DNA of 64,000 bases from Azolla caroliniana (lineage: Eukaryota > Plantae > Polypodiophyta). The position numbers were made by a program, and so were the translations under genes. The stretch is from assembly GCA_043228905.1 (NCBI GenBank), contig JBHGNT010000002.1, positions 8,308,001 through 8,372,000 of the forward strand. Reading direction: 5' to 3'. The notes beneath the pieces are model-generated. The model was not told the origin of the DNA. It ran no database searches and saw nothing but the letters and a program-made list of their open reading frames with translations. Positions 30,263-43,424 of the stretch are shown one piece after another. How positions within the stretch are numbered: the first letter of the stretch is position 1; every line of letters starts with the position of its first letter.

Positions 30263-33200
30263 GTACTTCTTAAAAGTTGTGGATATGAAGGATAGACGAG
30301 AATTGGGAACTCTTCTTGAAGATGATACCCAAGCAAACGGGCTTGTGGCAAACTGGATTGCAGTGAAGCGAGCGTGGAACAACCTCAACAAGCATCGTTA
30401 GTGGGTTGATGACACCGACTTGGCAGGATCGACCGGGGAGAAAACGAGACAACCGAAAGTAGTTGAGCCGCCCAAACAAAGCAACTCAGAAGAAAAGAAG
30501 ATTGATGATGACATCATCGAAGAACTGGCGAAGAAGTTTGAGATGGTCACGTTAGCCAACATGAATCGTCGGGGCCCCAAAGGAAAAGAACCCTTTAGAT
30601 GCGTGTGGTGCAATAGCATAGACCACATGAGAAGGAATTGCGCGAGCCTTTGAGACGCCATTCGACAAAATATGGTATACATGGATGACAACATGATCTA
30701 CTCAAGTGAGACTAGAAGCCAACATGAATCGTCGGGGCCCCAAAGGAAAAGAACCCTTTAGATGCGTGTGGTGCGATAGCATGGACCACATGAGAAGGAA
30801 TTGCGCGAGCCTTTGAGACGCCATTCGACAAAATATGGTATACATGGATGACAACATGATCTACTCAAGTGAGACTAGAAGCCAACATGAATCGTCGGGG
30901 CCCCAAAGGAAAAGAACCCTTTAGATGCGTGTGGTGCGATAGCATGGACCACATGAGAAGGAATTGCGCGAGCCTTTGAGACGCCATTCGACAAAATATG
31001 GTATACATGGATGACAACATGATCTACTCAAGTGAGACTAGAAGACCCCTATAGGTGAATTTTGGGAGAGGGTGAATGAAGAAAACCATGGAAGATGTCG
31101 AGGTGACTCATGTGAATGCGATGCACTATGCTGTATTGGCCTGAATAAGAGTCGGGAAAGACAAAGCTAAAGCTGCTAGAGCGAGAGCAAAGTTTTGGTC
31201 TACTATTCTCGAGTATGAGAACAAGGGAAAGGTCACTTCGAACGAGGTTGAGCTTGCGGACCGAAGTGTGCAAAGCATAACCAGATGGTTGGATCCTGTG
31301 GATGACAACACCATACTCGCCGAAGTGATGTGTGACAACCACAAGGTGTTCATGGATGAAAAGAGAAAAAGAATGGAAGGGCAAGACAAACCATCAAAAA
31401 GACATGAAACAAGGAGCGTGAAAAAGAAAGAAGATCCAAAAATGAGTCGAGCTTTACAAACGGAGGGAGACTCAAGCCGGAAAGGGGAGTCGAGCAAATG
31501 AGTCGAAGAAACGGTTCGGCCTTTGAAGGTTGGTGTCGAAGACCCCACTTGGGAGACGAGAATTATGCCTACCTATAAGCTAAGGTCGGACAAAGAGCAA
31601 ACGACAGATCTGAAGAAGATTCTCGAGGAATGTGTTCTCGATAGCCACGTTACCTTGTCCTTGAGGGAATTGCTCGGTATTACGAAGAAGGAATTCCATG
31701 ATACGATCGTGGACCTTATGAAGAGAAAAAGGAAACACTTGGACGAGGAAGAAGAGAAGTCGTTAAAAGCAAAACCAAATGCCATAACGATGTCAAGGGA
31801 CAAAGTCGACGAAGATTTGGTGGACAACCACTATACTCGATCTCATTGGGCACGAGCGACAACAGAGATGCCGGTGAAGATCGGGGAGAAGAAAGAGACC
31901 GTGGTAGCCTTGATCGACCATGGCTCGGAGATCAACCTCATGTTGACTGAGTTCCCACAAATAGTCTAAGCAATTACAAGTCCCCACAAGAAAGTAGAGC
32001 GCGTGGATTGCAAGGAGAAGCAACATGTGTCACACCTAGTGGCGCATGTAAACTAGTACTACCCAACAAGAAGGACAAGCATTGGATACAAGACTTCGAG
32101 AAGATGCTGAAACAAGAAAACATAATCGAAGAAGAAGAATTTGTGACTCATATTATGGAAGAGGCCTCATTTAACGACACCATCGGCGAAATTGAGGAAG
32201 TCGTGGACTTGAGCTATCTTCATGATCAACACATGATTTCGGTTAACTCCGTCAACATGTACGCTATCATCAATGAATATCATCGAGGCATCTTGATGGA
32301 GGAAGCTAGAGTCAACACAAAATATAAAATGGTGGATAGAAAGATCAAGCCAGTTGCAGTTCTGCTACCAAAAGATAGCTAGCAAAAGATGAAGGAAGTC
32401 GCTAATGATCCAAGCCTAAGGGATCTAAAGGCAATAGGTCATGTCTTCACTGAAGAGATGAAAAGAAAGCTACGAGTTGGGAAGGAGGATTTCCTCCTCC
32501 CTGAAGAGGAGCGAATGTTCCACGGAATGCTTGAAAGACATGGGAAGGCTTTCACATTTTTCCCACAAGAAATCGGATGTGCTGATCCAAGCACGATAGA
32601 ACCGATGGTAATCTTCATGGTGCCGCACGTGCCTTGAAATTTGAAACCGATACCGGTTCCGAGAGCACACTTACCGAAGCTGATTGAGCTCTTAAAGGAG
32701 AAGGTGGATATGGGAATTTTGGAACCGTCAAATGCTCCCTATTCTAATAGGTGGTTCACGATGCCAAAGAAGAATGGATCATTGCGATTCATCCAAGATC
32801 TTCAACCCGTCAACAAGGTGACAATTCGGAATGCTGGAATCGGTCTGAGTGTGGATGTGTACCTTACCTCAAGGTGGAACGAACTCGGTGGCTCATATGG
32901 TGAATGCCATGAACAAGGTCTTGAAGGATTGCATCCCGGGCATCAAGATGCCATTCTTGGATGATATTCCGATTAAAGGATGTTCGGATAAGGAGAAGGA
33001 TGAATTGAAAGAAAAGGAAGGGTGTAGAAAGTTCGTCGTAGATCATATGAAAGATTGCGAGAAGGTGCTCCAAAGACTCGAAGATGCGAATTTGACATTT
33101 TTGGGAGGAAAATTCGCATTCGGGCAACCGGAGATCTTGGTGGTAGGTCGCTTGTGTGGAGCATACGGCCGGAAGCCTTCACCATCCAAGGTGAATGTGA

Positions 33201-36008
33201 TCCAAGACATGAAAGAAGAATGTGTAACCCAAACGGAGGTTCGAACATTCCTTGGAGCATGCGCATTTTATCATATATGGATTCCGCACTACGCTCATGT
33301 CATCGAGCCATTATATGAATTGCTAAAGAAAAGAATGAAGTTTGAATGGTGAGACAAGCATACAAACGCGATGTGAAGATTGAAGAAACTACTTCTTGAA
33401 GCCCCAACACTAAGGAAGGCCGACTATACTAAAGGGAAGCCGATTTATGTGATTGTAGATATGAGCCCAACCGGAATCAGGTGGGTCATCAACCAAGAAG
33501 GAGAAGATAATGCGCAGTATGTCATCCGGTTTGGAGCAAAGGTTCTCAGCGAGCGACAACAAAGATACACCCAGGTCAAGCGGGAACTTTGGGGCATTGT
33601 GTCTGCAGTAAAGATGGACAAAGTCTACCTGATTGGGTCAGAAGTGAAATTGAGAGAGATTGTCTCCCAATCCTCGGGATGATCTCAAGATGTGCGACAC
33701 TAGATCTAGCTATGCTAAGGTGGATCGCCTATATCAATTCTTTAAACCCAAAGATCCGCCACATTGCAGGAAAGAAGAACTCCATCGCTGATATGCTGTC
33801 GAGGGCAAGATTTGAGAATGAAAGTGACATGGTTTCGGTTGATGAAGACGTCACCCTCGACATCTTCAAGATGGCCCAACTATCGGTGGAAGACAAGGAC
33901 ACACTAACCGTCCACGCCTTCAACGAGGACGAGTACGAAGGAGAGTGGTTACTGATCGACAAATTCTTAAGAACAATGACGACGGATGTTTCGTTGACGA
34001 AAGAGGAGGCTCTAGGAATCCGGAAGAAAGCTTACCAATACTTCCTGAAGGGAGGATTCCTCTGGCGACACCCAAAAAGAAGGACAGGAATGCCACATCG
34101 AGTGGTGGTTAAGAAAGAAGAGCAAGTGACACTGATGACCGAATTCCATGAGAGTCCTTGGGCGGGTCATAGAGGAACATGGGCGACGTTCGAAAAGTTT
34201 AAGGAAAAGTACTTGTGGGCAAGCACGTACAAAGATGTACCATTTCGTGTCCACATGCGAAACTTGCCAAGTACATTCGAACATACATCATCGGGATGAG
34301 TTACGGCCGACATACTCGCTAACCATACACTTCAAATGGATGGTGGATTTGGTCTCGATTCCAATGGGAGTGGGACAAATGAAGTACTTAGTACTAGCAA
34401 GAGAAGACATAACAAATCAAGTGGAAGGACGGGTCTTGGCAAATAAGACGACGTCAGCTGTTTGCAAATTTCTACTCGAAGAGGTTGTTTGCTGATACGG
34501 ATGTGTGGGAAAGATAGTGGCTGATCGAGGGGAGTTGGATGTATGTGAAGCAACGGAGCTCTTCGATCGACTAGGCATGAAGCTCTCCCTCACAATTGCC
34601 TACAATCTAGAAGCAAATGGGAAGATCAAGCGAGGGCATGGACCAATCATCAAAGCCATCGTACGAGCATGCAACGGTCGAGTCAAGAACTGGTCATGAC
34701 TATTGCTCTATGCCTTGTGGGCCGATAGAACTACACACAGTTCAGTGACAGGATATGCCAACAGAGCTTATGTATGGACAGAAGCCGGAAATGACCATCG
34801 AAAGGACAATCGCCTCATGGGTAGCGATACCATAGGAGAACGAGATGAGCCGAGAAGAATTATTACCGGCACGGATAAGGCAACTTGAAAGGAGACCTGA
34901 AGATCTAGAAAAAACGCGAAAGATGATGGAGGAAGCCCAAGTGAAGAACCAAATTCGGTCTGACAAGATGCATCAACTGCGTCCTAAGAAGATCGAAGAA
35001 GGAGATTGGGTATTGGTCTATGATAGCAGCCTTGACAATCAACATAAGACAACAAGGAAGTTCGCAAGAAGATGGTTCAGACCGTATGTGGTGACAAGTG
35101 CCAACAACAATGCCACATACCACCTCGCGGAGCTAGACGGATCAAGGTTGGCCGTGCCAATTGCGGGAAAAAGAGTAAAGATTTTCAAGAAAAGACAAGA
35201 CAAGGATCCTAACCTCGACCACCTCGACGATGAAGATAGTAGGATTGAACCTATAGACTTGAGTTATGTGAGCGAGGAGATGGAGGAATCTGATTGATCA
35301 CCGTAGCCGAAATCTCACACTCTCTCCTCTTGGCACGTATCGGAGGACGTGCGGTTTGGTGGGGGTGGATGTTGTGAAGATTTTCGGCGATAGTGTGTAA
35401 ATTGCGAGGAACATACAAAATCGAGTGCGGTTCTTCTCACAAGATATGAAATAGTAATAGTGAAGATACTATTCTAAATAATTTTAATACCTTGGTACGA
35501 AAAGATGAAGGTCTTCAAGAGTTTTTGAATGCACTTTACTACATAAGAAACGAACAACTAAGTGTCAAGTTATGTGGGTATAAAGATTGCGAAGAAGAAG
35601 AGAAAAACAAAACTGTGAGATATCCCATATAGATAGGACAAATAAGGATCCCAGAGTATATAAGCAGACCAATATCTCTTCATAATATATCTATGTGTTT
35701 GGAGCACATAAAGGTTGAGTTGTATGACTTGACGAATGGATGCAGCCAAGTTCATTGGTTTTGGACAAATCCGGACAAAACCAAACTGGTGGAAGGAAGG
35801 CGATGGAACCGAAACTGGAACCAGATGACAACCAGATAGCTACAAAATCGGATCGGGATGTAGACCGCACGGAACCAGCTCGGGTTGCGGGCCGGATGGG
35901 ATCGAACCGGACAGATGCGGATCGTATGGAACCGAATGGCATGCGGACCGGGCCGAATCGAACGGATGGGACCGGACTAGACGAGTAGATTTATCGCAAT
36001 GCATGATG
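30263..36008 (+). mobile_element. Ty3/gypsy family D (no chromodomain), degenerate gag-PR-RT-RH-INT, PPT ~35355-35369, truncated 3' LTR from 35370
   Basis: CVWCNSIDHMRRNC knuckle, ALIDHGSEINLM protease, LPQGGTNSV and PFLDDIP RT, HESPWAGH...CETCQ integrase, RWFRPY GPY/F-type motif. Confidence 0.9.
30555..31043 (+). repeat. Tandem triplication, 3 x 163 bp, covering the gag zinc knuckle
   Basis: Units start at 30555, 30718 and 30881. Copies 2 and 3 look identical; copy 1 differs at two bases. Confidence 0.95.
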
Positions 36009-36846
36009 TTATCACTTCATTCGAGAGCGCGTATAGGCTGGAGATGTCGACCTTCAGCACATCATCGGACGAGTAGATTTATCGTAACGCACGATGTTAT
36101 CACTTCATTCGAGAGCTCGTACAGGCTGGAGATGTCGACCTTCAGCACATCAACACGAATCTTTAGACGGTTGACATCTTCACCAAAGCCTTAGGAGCCG
36201 ATAAGCTTCAACAATTCATGTCAGACCTTGGATTGACAATCCCTGATTTGCCAAGCTTGAGGGGGAGTACAAGTGAGAACCGGATACCGTCCGAACCGGA
36301 TACGAGCTGTAGCGGACATCGGATACCAGCCGAAGCGGACATCAATCGAAAGGAACTGACCTGAATTGAGCTTGAGGGGGCATGTTGAGAATCAAGCTCA
36401 ACATAGTGCAACGTGTGAACACACATTTTGAGAATCCATGATTACTTAAAGGTCAAGAGTCACACCACTACTCGCTACACATTAACTATGTGTCATAGAG
36501 TCACATAACTAATGAGTTACATATTCCCCATGACTATGAGTCTTCACATTCCCCAAGAGAGAGAGTGGTTATTGTAAGTTAATGAAGAGAGGGTGACTAT
36601 ATATAAAGCACCCTCCTCATATTTCACACTAAGTTGGTTGTGACTCCTTGTAATGCTACAATTTTGTATCTCCATTCTACTTGTGTAATATACATCTTCT
36701 TCTTCTTGAGTATTTTATTTCTCTTGCTTATCTATCTTGTGTTCTCTTCTCTCCTCTATTTTTTTTCTCTCTCTCTCTCTCACACACACACAAACATAAC
36801 ACACATATCTATTCCGTTACATAAGAATCACCATCGATTCTTTACA
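36009..36846 (+). mobile_element. Ty1/copia family C 3' fragment (RNase H end, PPT, LTR 36383-36846)
   Basis: Closely similar to 29510-30262. LTR TGTTGAG...TTTACA. Confidence 0.9.
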
Positions 36847-37577
36847 AAACCGAACTAAACCATTTTGAAAAACCTAAACCTGAACTTAACCGAATTGAAC
36901 CATTGAAACCGTTAAGTCGTGGTTTCGCGGTGTCGATTGTTAATTTGACCACATCACTATTCTTCCGGGTGAAAGGCTCACTAAAGAGATCTGTTATTAT
37001 TTTGAAACACCCAACTTTCAAAATATGTAACAAATATAACAATACCACCAATTCCAACATTAAAATACTTGGCCTTGATTATGACAAAATATGTTGCGCA
37101 TGAATTTGCCTCTCAAAACTCTAGCACAATACATCTAGAAACACACAAGGCACATCATCAAAGGGCACCATAACAACATCTTTGAGTAAATAAGAAAGAA
37201 CAAAAACACAAAACGAGATGAATGGGTATGACAAAGACAATCAATGAAGAAACATGAGAAGGGAAGATCTAAATCAAGAGTTGATAATATTGTATAAATA
37301 TAAATTCTCACTACATGAAGGAGGGTTCATAAGATTTTATGATAATCATCCAAGTACAACAAATAAGAGATTGGAAGTGACAAAGATATGTATCATAATC
37401 TATGAGAGAGGAAAGGAGAATGAACATAGAGTATCTATAAACAAGACGGAGATAAAAAAACTCACACTACATCAAGAGATATTGTATGGCTATCTTATCC
37501 TCAAGCCTTCCACACTCATATTTATATACAATAGGGGCTTAATTGTTAGTGCTTGCATGTATCTTGCCATGTGTCAC

Positions 37578-38778
37578 TAGGGATCGACAATGGCTCGGCT
37601 CAAGCCTAAACCGTTTGGCTTAACCGGCTTAAAACGGCTTAGCGGCTCGGCTCGGTTTAGGCTTGAGCTTGCCTTAACGGTTTGAGCTCAGCTCAGCTCA
37701 GCTAAGCCAGCTAAGCCGTTTAAGTGATTTAATTAGTAGTTACTATAGTTTATTACTAAAGTCTAAGTTCTAACTTCTAATTAGTCACGAGTCTAAGTTC
37801 TAACTGGTTAGTAGTCACGAGTTTATTGTCTACAGTGCACTGTGTACACACAAACTCTAGAGTGACGACTTAGGTATTAGGTAATAGGACTCTCAACACA
37901 GACAAATGACTCAGACTTAGGTAATAAGACTCTCGACACAAACAATGACCAGTCCATCGACATAGACGCGCGCACGTGCGAGACACACACACACACACAC
38001 ACACACACAGAGGTCTGTTGCATAGTAGAAAGTGGAAGACGATAACTTGTTGTTGCCGCCTGTGTGCATCGTGCAGCCCCAAAGCCTACAAAGTGCATAC
38101 CTCCATCTATTTTACAAACCCTACAAGTAAGATTCACAATATAATTATGCACATATATGAATAATGATACAGACTACATTCAATTTAAAATTACTTTTCC
38201 CTAAGGCTTATATGACATACATTACCCACAATCATTGTCACTACAATGTAGACATATATGAAGTAAGATTCACAATACAATTATGCACATATATGAATAA
38301 TGATACAGTCAAATTGAGCCACAATGTGGCACAATGTAATAACTCATGATTAGAGTAGGACATTTATATTGTTGGAAAAGATAGGATGATTGTTTAACAT
38401 AAAGAAAGAACTAACAATCATCTACATAAAGGTAGCTTTTTACTAGCAATATGAGCTTGCCATATTCATATGTAACCAAGTAAAACTAATAATCCATAAT
38501 GGATTTTAAGTTAACTTCTACATTTGGAGCATATGGAGGGGGATTGTTCAATGATAAATTGTAATGGAATTGTGTTATGAAGTTCAATGATAAATTGTAA
38601 TAGAATTGTGTTATGAAGTTCACAAACCAGTTTACAAGCCGTTTACCAAGGCGGTTCATAAATCGGTTTGGTTTGCTTTGGTTCAGGTTTGAAAACCCCT
38701 AAACGGTTTAGGCTTAACCGGTTTGGCTTGGATAAGGCCAAACCGGCTAAGCCTAAACCGAACCGTTGCCGATCCCTA
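37578..38778. mobile_element. Non-autonomous hAT-type DNA transposon (~1.2 kb)
   Basis: Terminal inverted repeats (TIRs) TAGGGATCGACAATGGCTCGG / CCGAACCGTTGCCGATCCCTA. 8-bp TSD TGTGTCAC / CGTGTCGC (2 transitions). Subterminal AACCG/CGGTT motifs. No transposase ORF. Confidence 0.85.
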
Positions 38779-39139
38779 CGTGTCGCACACATAACATTTC
38801 ACTTTCCTTTGCATGCAACCGATAGGTCTTCTATTTTGGGTATGAAGACGGTTGATTCTATGCACGAACACTTCTAGACATTTTTAACACGTCGAGCAAG
38901 ATTTCCAAAGAATGTTTATTTATTGAAATCCAATGTTCCCTTGAAATATTATGGCCAAAACATTGACATCCTACTGTAAAAGCACTCTTCGACTATGTCA
39001 CATCAATTCACCTTGATTCTTCAAATCTACCTTCAACTAAAGCATACATCATCATGCCTGAAGTGTCATAACCAGCTTGTATCCATATTTTACTATCTTT
39101 TAGCCACTTTGTTGAGCATAGGTATTTACAACACGACAA

Positions 39140-42100
39140 GAGATCCCCCTGCATAAGTCATTACATATCCAGATGTGGATCACCTTGTATCCACATCAGC
39201 CGACATGTCCAAATTAGTAAAACCTTCTAATGTGGGGTTACCTAGGCCAAATCGGAGGCACATGCTTGAGGTGCCTCTCAGGTAACGGAGTATCCACTTC
39301 ACTGCAACCCAATGCTCTTTTTCGGGATTGCTCATATACCAGCTAATGGCTCGGACTGCATCCCGATGTCTGGACTGGTACATACCATCGAGTACATCAG
39401 GCATTGTCTTGCAGATAACTTGTTGTTGGTTGGCAGTGTGAAGCTAACCAGCTTCGCACTTTACATGTTGAAACTTAGGAGCACCTTCGTCACATACTTC
39501 TCTTGTGACAGCCACAATAATCTCTTTGTCCGGTCTCGGACAATGTGCATTCCTAGGATCTGTCTAGCTGGACCTATATCCTTCATTGAGAAAGAATTGC
39601 TCAAGGCTTTATTCAGCAATCCAATCTTCGTAAGCTCCTGTCTGACAATCAGCATGTCATCTACGTACAACAGGAGAACGAGAAAGTCTCCTCCGTCGAA
39701 CTTCTTCACAAACACGCAGTGGTCAGCCTGTGTCTTGTGGTACCCTTGGTCGGCCATGATGGATTCGAGCTTCTGGTTCCACTGTCGGGGAGCCTGCTTT
39801 AGTCCGTCAAGGCTCTTCCTCAATTGGCATACCATGTTTTCCTTCTCCCTTTCGACAAATCCTTCCGGTTATTGCATGTATATCTCCTCATCAAGATCAC
39901 CATGTAGGAAGGTCATCTTGACATCCAATTGTTCGACTTCAAGGTCCATGCTAGCCTCTATGCTCAACACCATCTAGATGGAAGTCATCTTCACAACCGG
40001 GGAAACATCGAAATCCACTCCCTTCTTCTACTGGAAACCCTTGACTAGAATGCGAGCTTTATACCTTGGTGGATTACAGCCATCTCTCAATTTCAGTTTA
40101 TACACTCGTTCCAGAGTGCCCTCTTTCCTTTCGACAACTATGTCAGATCATGCGTGTGGTTCTCTTGCAGGGAATCCATATCGTCCTACATGGTACATAA
40201 CCACTCTCTATTCTGGGTATCCCTCTTCACTTCCTCGAAGGTTTCTAGCTCCCCCTCGTCAGTTAGTAGCACGTACTCTTTGTCCGAATATCTTTGGGGG
40301 GGCCATCTATTCCTTAGAGGGTATCTTCTTCCTATGTTCACATCAACCGACTCATTGTGTCCTTACTCTTCTTCTGCCGATAACCGAATTGGTCATCTCC
40401 ATATCCTAGCAATATGCATGGCGGAGTCTTCGGGTCCAGCTTCCCCCTCTGATCCTTGGCTACATGCACATAGGCAAGACAACCGAACACCCTTAGATGC
40501 CGATATGATACGTCTTTGCATGTCCACACCCTTTGTGGAATATCTCCGTCCAAGGGTATTGAGGGTGACCTATTTATCATGTAGATAACCTTCATTAGCG
40601 CCTCAGCCCAAAACGTTTTGGATAATTTTGCACGTGCAAGCATGCTCCAGACTCTTTCAACAACAATCCAATTCATTCTATTGGTTAACTCGTTCAATTC
40701 TAGCATCCTCGGCACGGTGTATTCAAGCTAGATTCCCTTCGACCAGTACTACTCTTCGAACTGACCTCGGTATTCTCCTCCGTTACCTACTTGAATCTCC
40801 ATGCCACTAGAATTCGTGCATATGGACGTATGCTATGTGGATACAAAGTCCCATGCTAGTTTATAGTATTTCATGATCTTCATAGATGACTGTAGCCGGA
40901 AGTTGTGGGCCAGTCTCTCTTTTTGCCCTCACCTGGAACTCCTCGAAGATGGATAGTACCTAGCCCTTCGTCTTCATAACGGAGGACCATAACTTCCGTC
41001 TACAGTCATCAATGAAGGTCACAAAATATTGTGAGTTAGCATGTGACTTCGTATTTACGTAACATACATAAGTATGTATGAGTTCCAACAATGCCTTCTT
41101 TGTCATCGGGGGTCTTGATGGGAAGGAGGTTCTATTCTGCTTGTCGGCCAAACAATCGATGCACTTATCAAGTTGCACATTCTTCACCTCCAGAATGAGG
41201 TTATCCTCGGTGAGCTTCTACATCCCCTTCTCACTCATGTGCACAGTCGCTTATGCCACAACACACCTATTGTGTCAAATGCCACATTCGCATCCTCCCA
41301 ACATAGTCGAGAATGCATCAGATACAATGTGTTTGTCTTTTGAGCTAGGGCAACAATCAGGTTTCCCTTGCAAAACTTTAGAGTGTCGTTCTGGAAGCTA
41401 CTTGTGCAACCTTCATGATCTAGTCGACTAGTTGATATCAGATTGAATTTGACCTCTAGAACGTATCGCACATCCTTCAACACCAATCTCAAGCAACTCC
41501 TTCTCACTTGTCGCAATGCCTTTTCTATCTGGAATCTTCTTTGGCTCTACACTATCAGCTCCCCCTTTCTCTTTCCGAAAATGTCGGCAATTATTTTGGA
41601 AGTGCCCTAGCTTCCCACAATGGAAGCAAGTGGGCCTCCCCATCGACTTGAACCTCGTCCCCGACTTCTCCCGATTCTAGGCACTTCTATTTCGACCTCT
41701 CCCAGTTCATGTCTTCTTCTGTGACTAAGGCGTTCAGGTCAGTTACAAACTCTTTGTCCTTCTGGCGAGCTTCATCATTTAACAAGCTCGACTTCACCAT
41801 TTCGAGGGAACAATGCGTCCCTTCTGGTCTGGCATTGCCCAATGGGACAACCGGTGTTTCCAAGCTATCCAGAAGGGATCCCAACAATAATAACGCCAAT
41901 GCCTCATCATCAAGAGGTGATTTGATCTATTAGTCCCTGGAAGGTGTTCAGATGCTCCATCATGCTGGAGCCATCCTGATACCGGAGTCTCACAATCTTC
42001 CGGAATACTGAGACTCTGTTGACGACATTCTTGTTCTCAAACATTATGTCGATCTTCTTCCAGAGGACGCCCGCCTTGGTCTCTTCATTAAAGTTATGAT

Positions 42101-42470
42101 ATGGACTCATGTCTATAAAACATCTGATATATGTTGTCATCTTCATATGCATTACCTCCTAGGTCGATGCATCAATTTTGTCTAGCTTCTCATCCCCGAA
42201 CTACACTGGCATCTAGAGGTCTCTACACACCAACATATCACGCATCTTTGACTTCCACACTAAATAGTTGGAGCCTGTAAGTTTGAACATGCCTCTTAGA
42301 TGCTCATCCATCGCTCTAATATTAGTTTGATGAGGATTCGACCTGCCACAACCGGTTCACACTAATGCGTATGTAGGTGCAAATATTGAAACAACAGAAA
42401 TAACAGAAGATGGAAATGAAAGTATAGAGACACAAGTACTTTTACATGGAAAACCTAGAAAGGGAAAAAC
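39140..42470 (-). mobile_element. Ty1/copia family B, heavily deleted copy (gag to RNase H start, LTR U5 remnant ~42350-42470)
   Basis: Minus ORFs carry CFHCGKLGHFQNNC, FVTFIDDC, LLLYVDDMLI and VKWILRYLRGT. Confidence 0.88.
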
Positions 42471-43424
42471 GACCTTATCAAAAGGAGATTAGGAGGAAGG
42501 ATAAGAGAAGGAACATATCAATCGGCTCAACAACGACTCCAATGAGCAATCCCAAGAAATGACCGACCAAGTACCCACTAAACCTCTGTCAACTAAACGA
42601 CCTCAACAGACAGAGCAAGCTGAACAGGAGATAGTTGAGGAAGCAAACACCCAGCAAATTAGGGAGGATAAACAACAGGAGGAATCGACCCGACCAAGAC
42701 AAACCCCCCTACATATCTTGGAAGAAGTGGTAGGAGTCGACTAGCCAGACCCGGCCGAAAAGGGGCAAAGATAGACCGACTGCAACGGCCCAGGTAACCG
42801 CCAACAATACCACCATCAGCAACAACATGAGGGTTCAACAGGAGCCAAACATTTTGCATATTTTTTGTGGGCTCGACTGTGCAAGGCACTGTTCCACAGG
42901 CATGCCATGTGTTGGTTGGTAAGGAGGGCCAATGTGTGAAAGGGTTGTAGGGACGACTGCAGGTCAAAACCGAGAATGGGTTGGGCCAGATAGGGAGCTA
43001 AAACATCAGAAAACGCATGTATTATAGCTAGAGGAAGTTTTAGATGTTGACATTCTAGACATAACCATCCATGCTCCTTATAAAAAGAGATATCAAGCCT
43101 TGTAAAAAGTTTATCAGTTGTATTGAGTTAGTCTCTTAATAGAATATATGTTTGTTATATTCCGTGTTTGTGTTGTAAGAGTCTCCATTCTTTTATTGTG
43201 TGCCATAAGTAACCAGTCGGTTGTAGCCGGCTTGGTTCGTACATTCCGCGGGTATTGTAACTCGATCAGGTATTGTTCTATGTGAACTTACTTTGTTATG
43301 TTTGTGTAAGTTGTGCACTATTGTGCATGACCCGTCTACGTTTCCCGTCTCTCGACCACAAGACCTTGAGTCAGATATCAAAGGAGTGAGTATCTGAACC
43401 CTTGTGTTATTTAAGGTGGTAACA
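42470..43424 (+). mobile_element. Probable LTR remnant of another family
   Basis: TATA-like cttataaaaag at ~43078, a GT-rich U5-like stretch, and an end in GGTAACA abutting a copia RT fragment. The 5' edge is not defined. Confidence 0.45.

Noticed and set aside
30555-31043. CRISPR-like array (also considered for 11300-11423 and 48490-48556)
   Set aside because: Head-to-tail repeats without unique spacers, no cas genes, eukaryotic context.
36847-36935. End of a second DNA transposon (AAACCG-rich)
   Set aside because: Subterminal-like motifs only; no TIR pair or TSD found.
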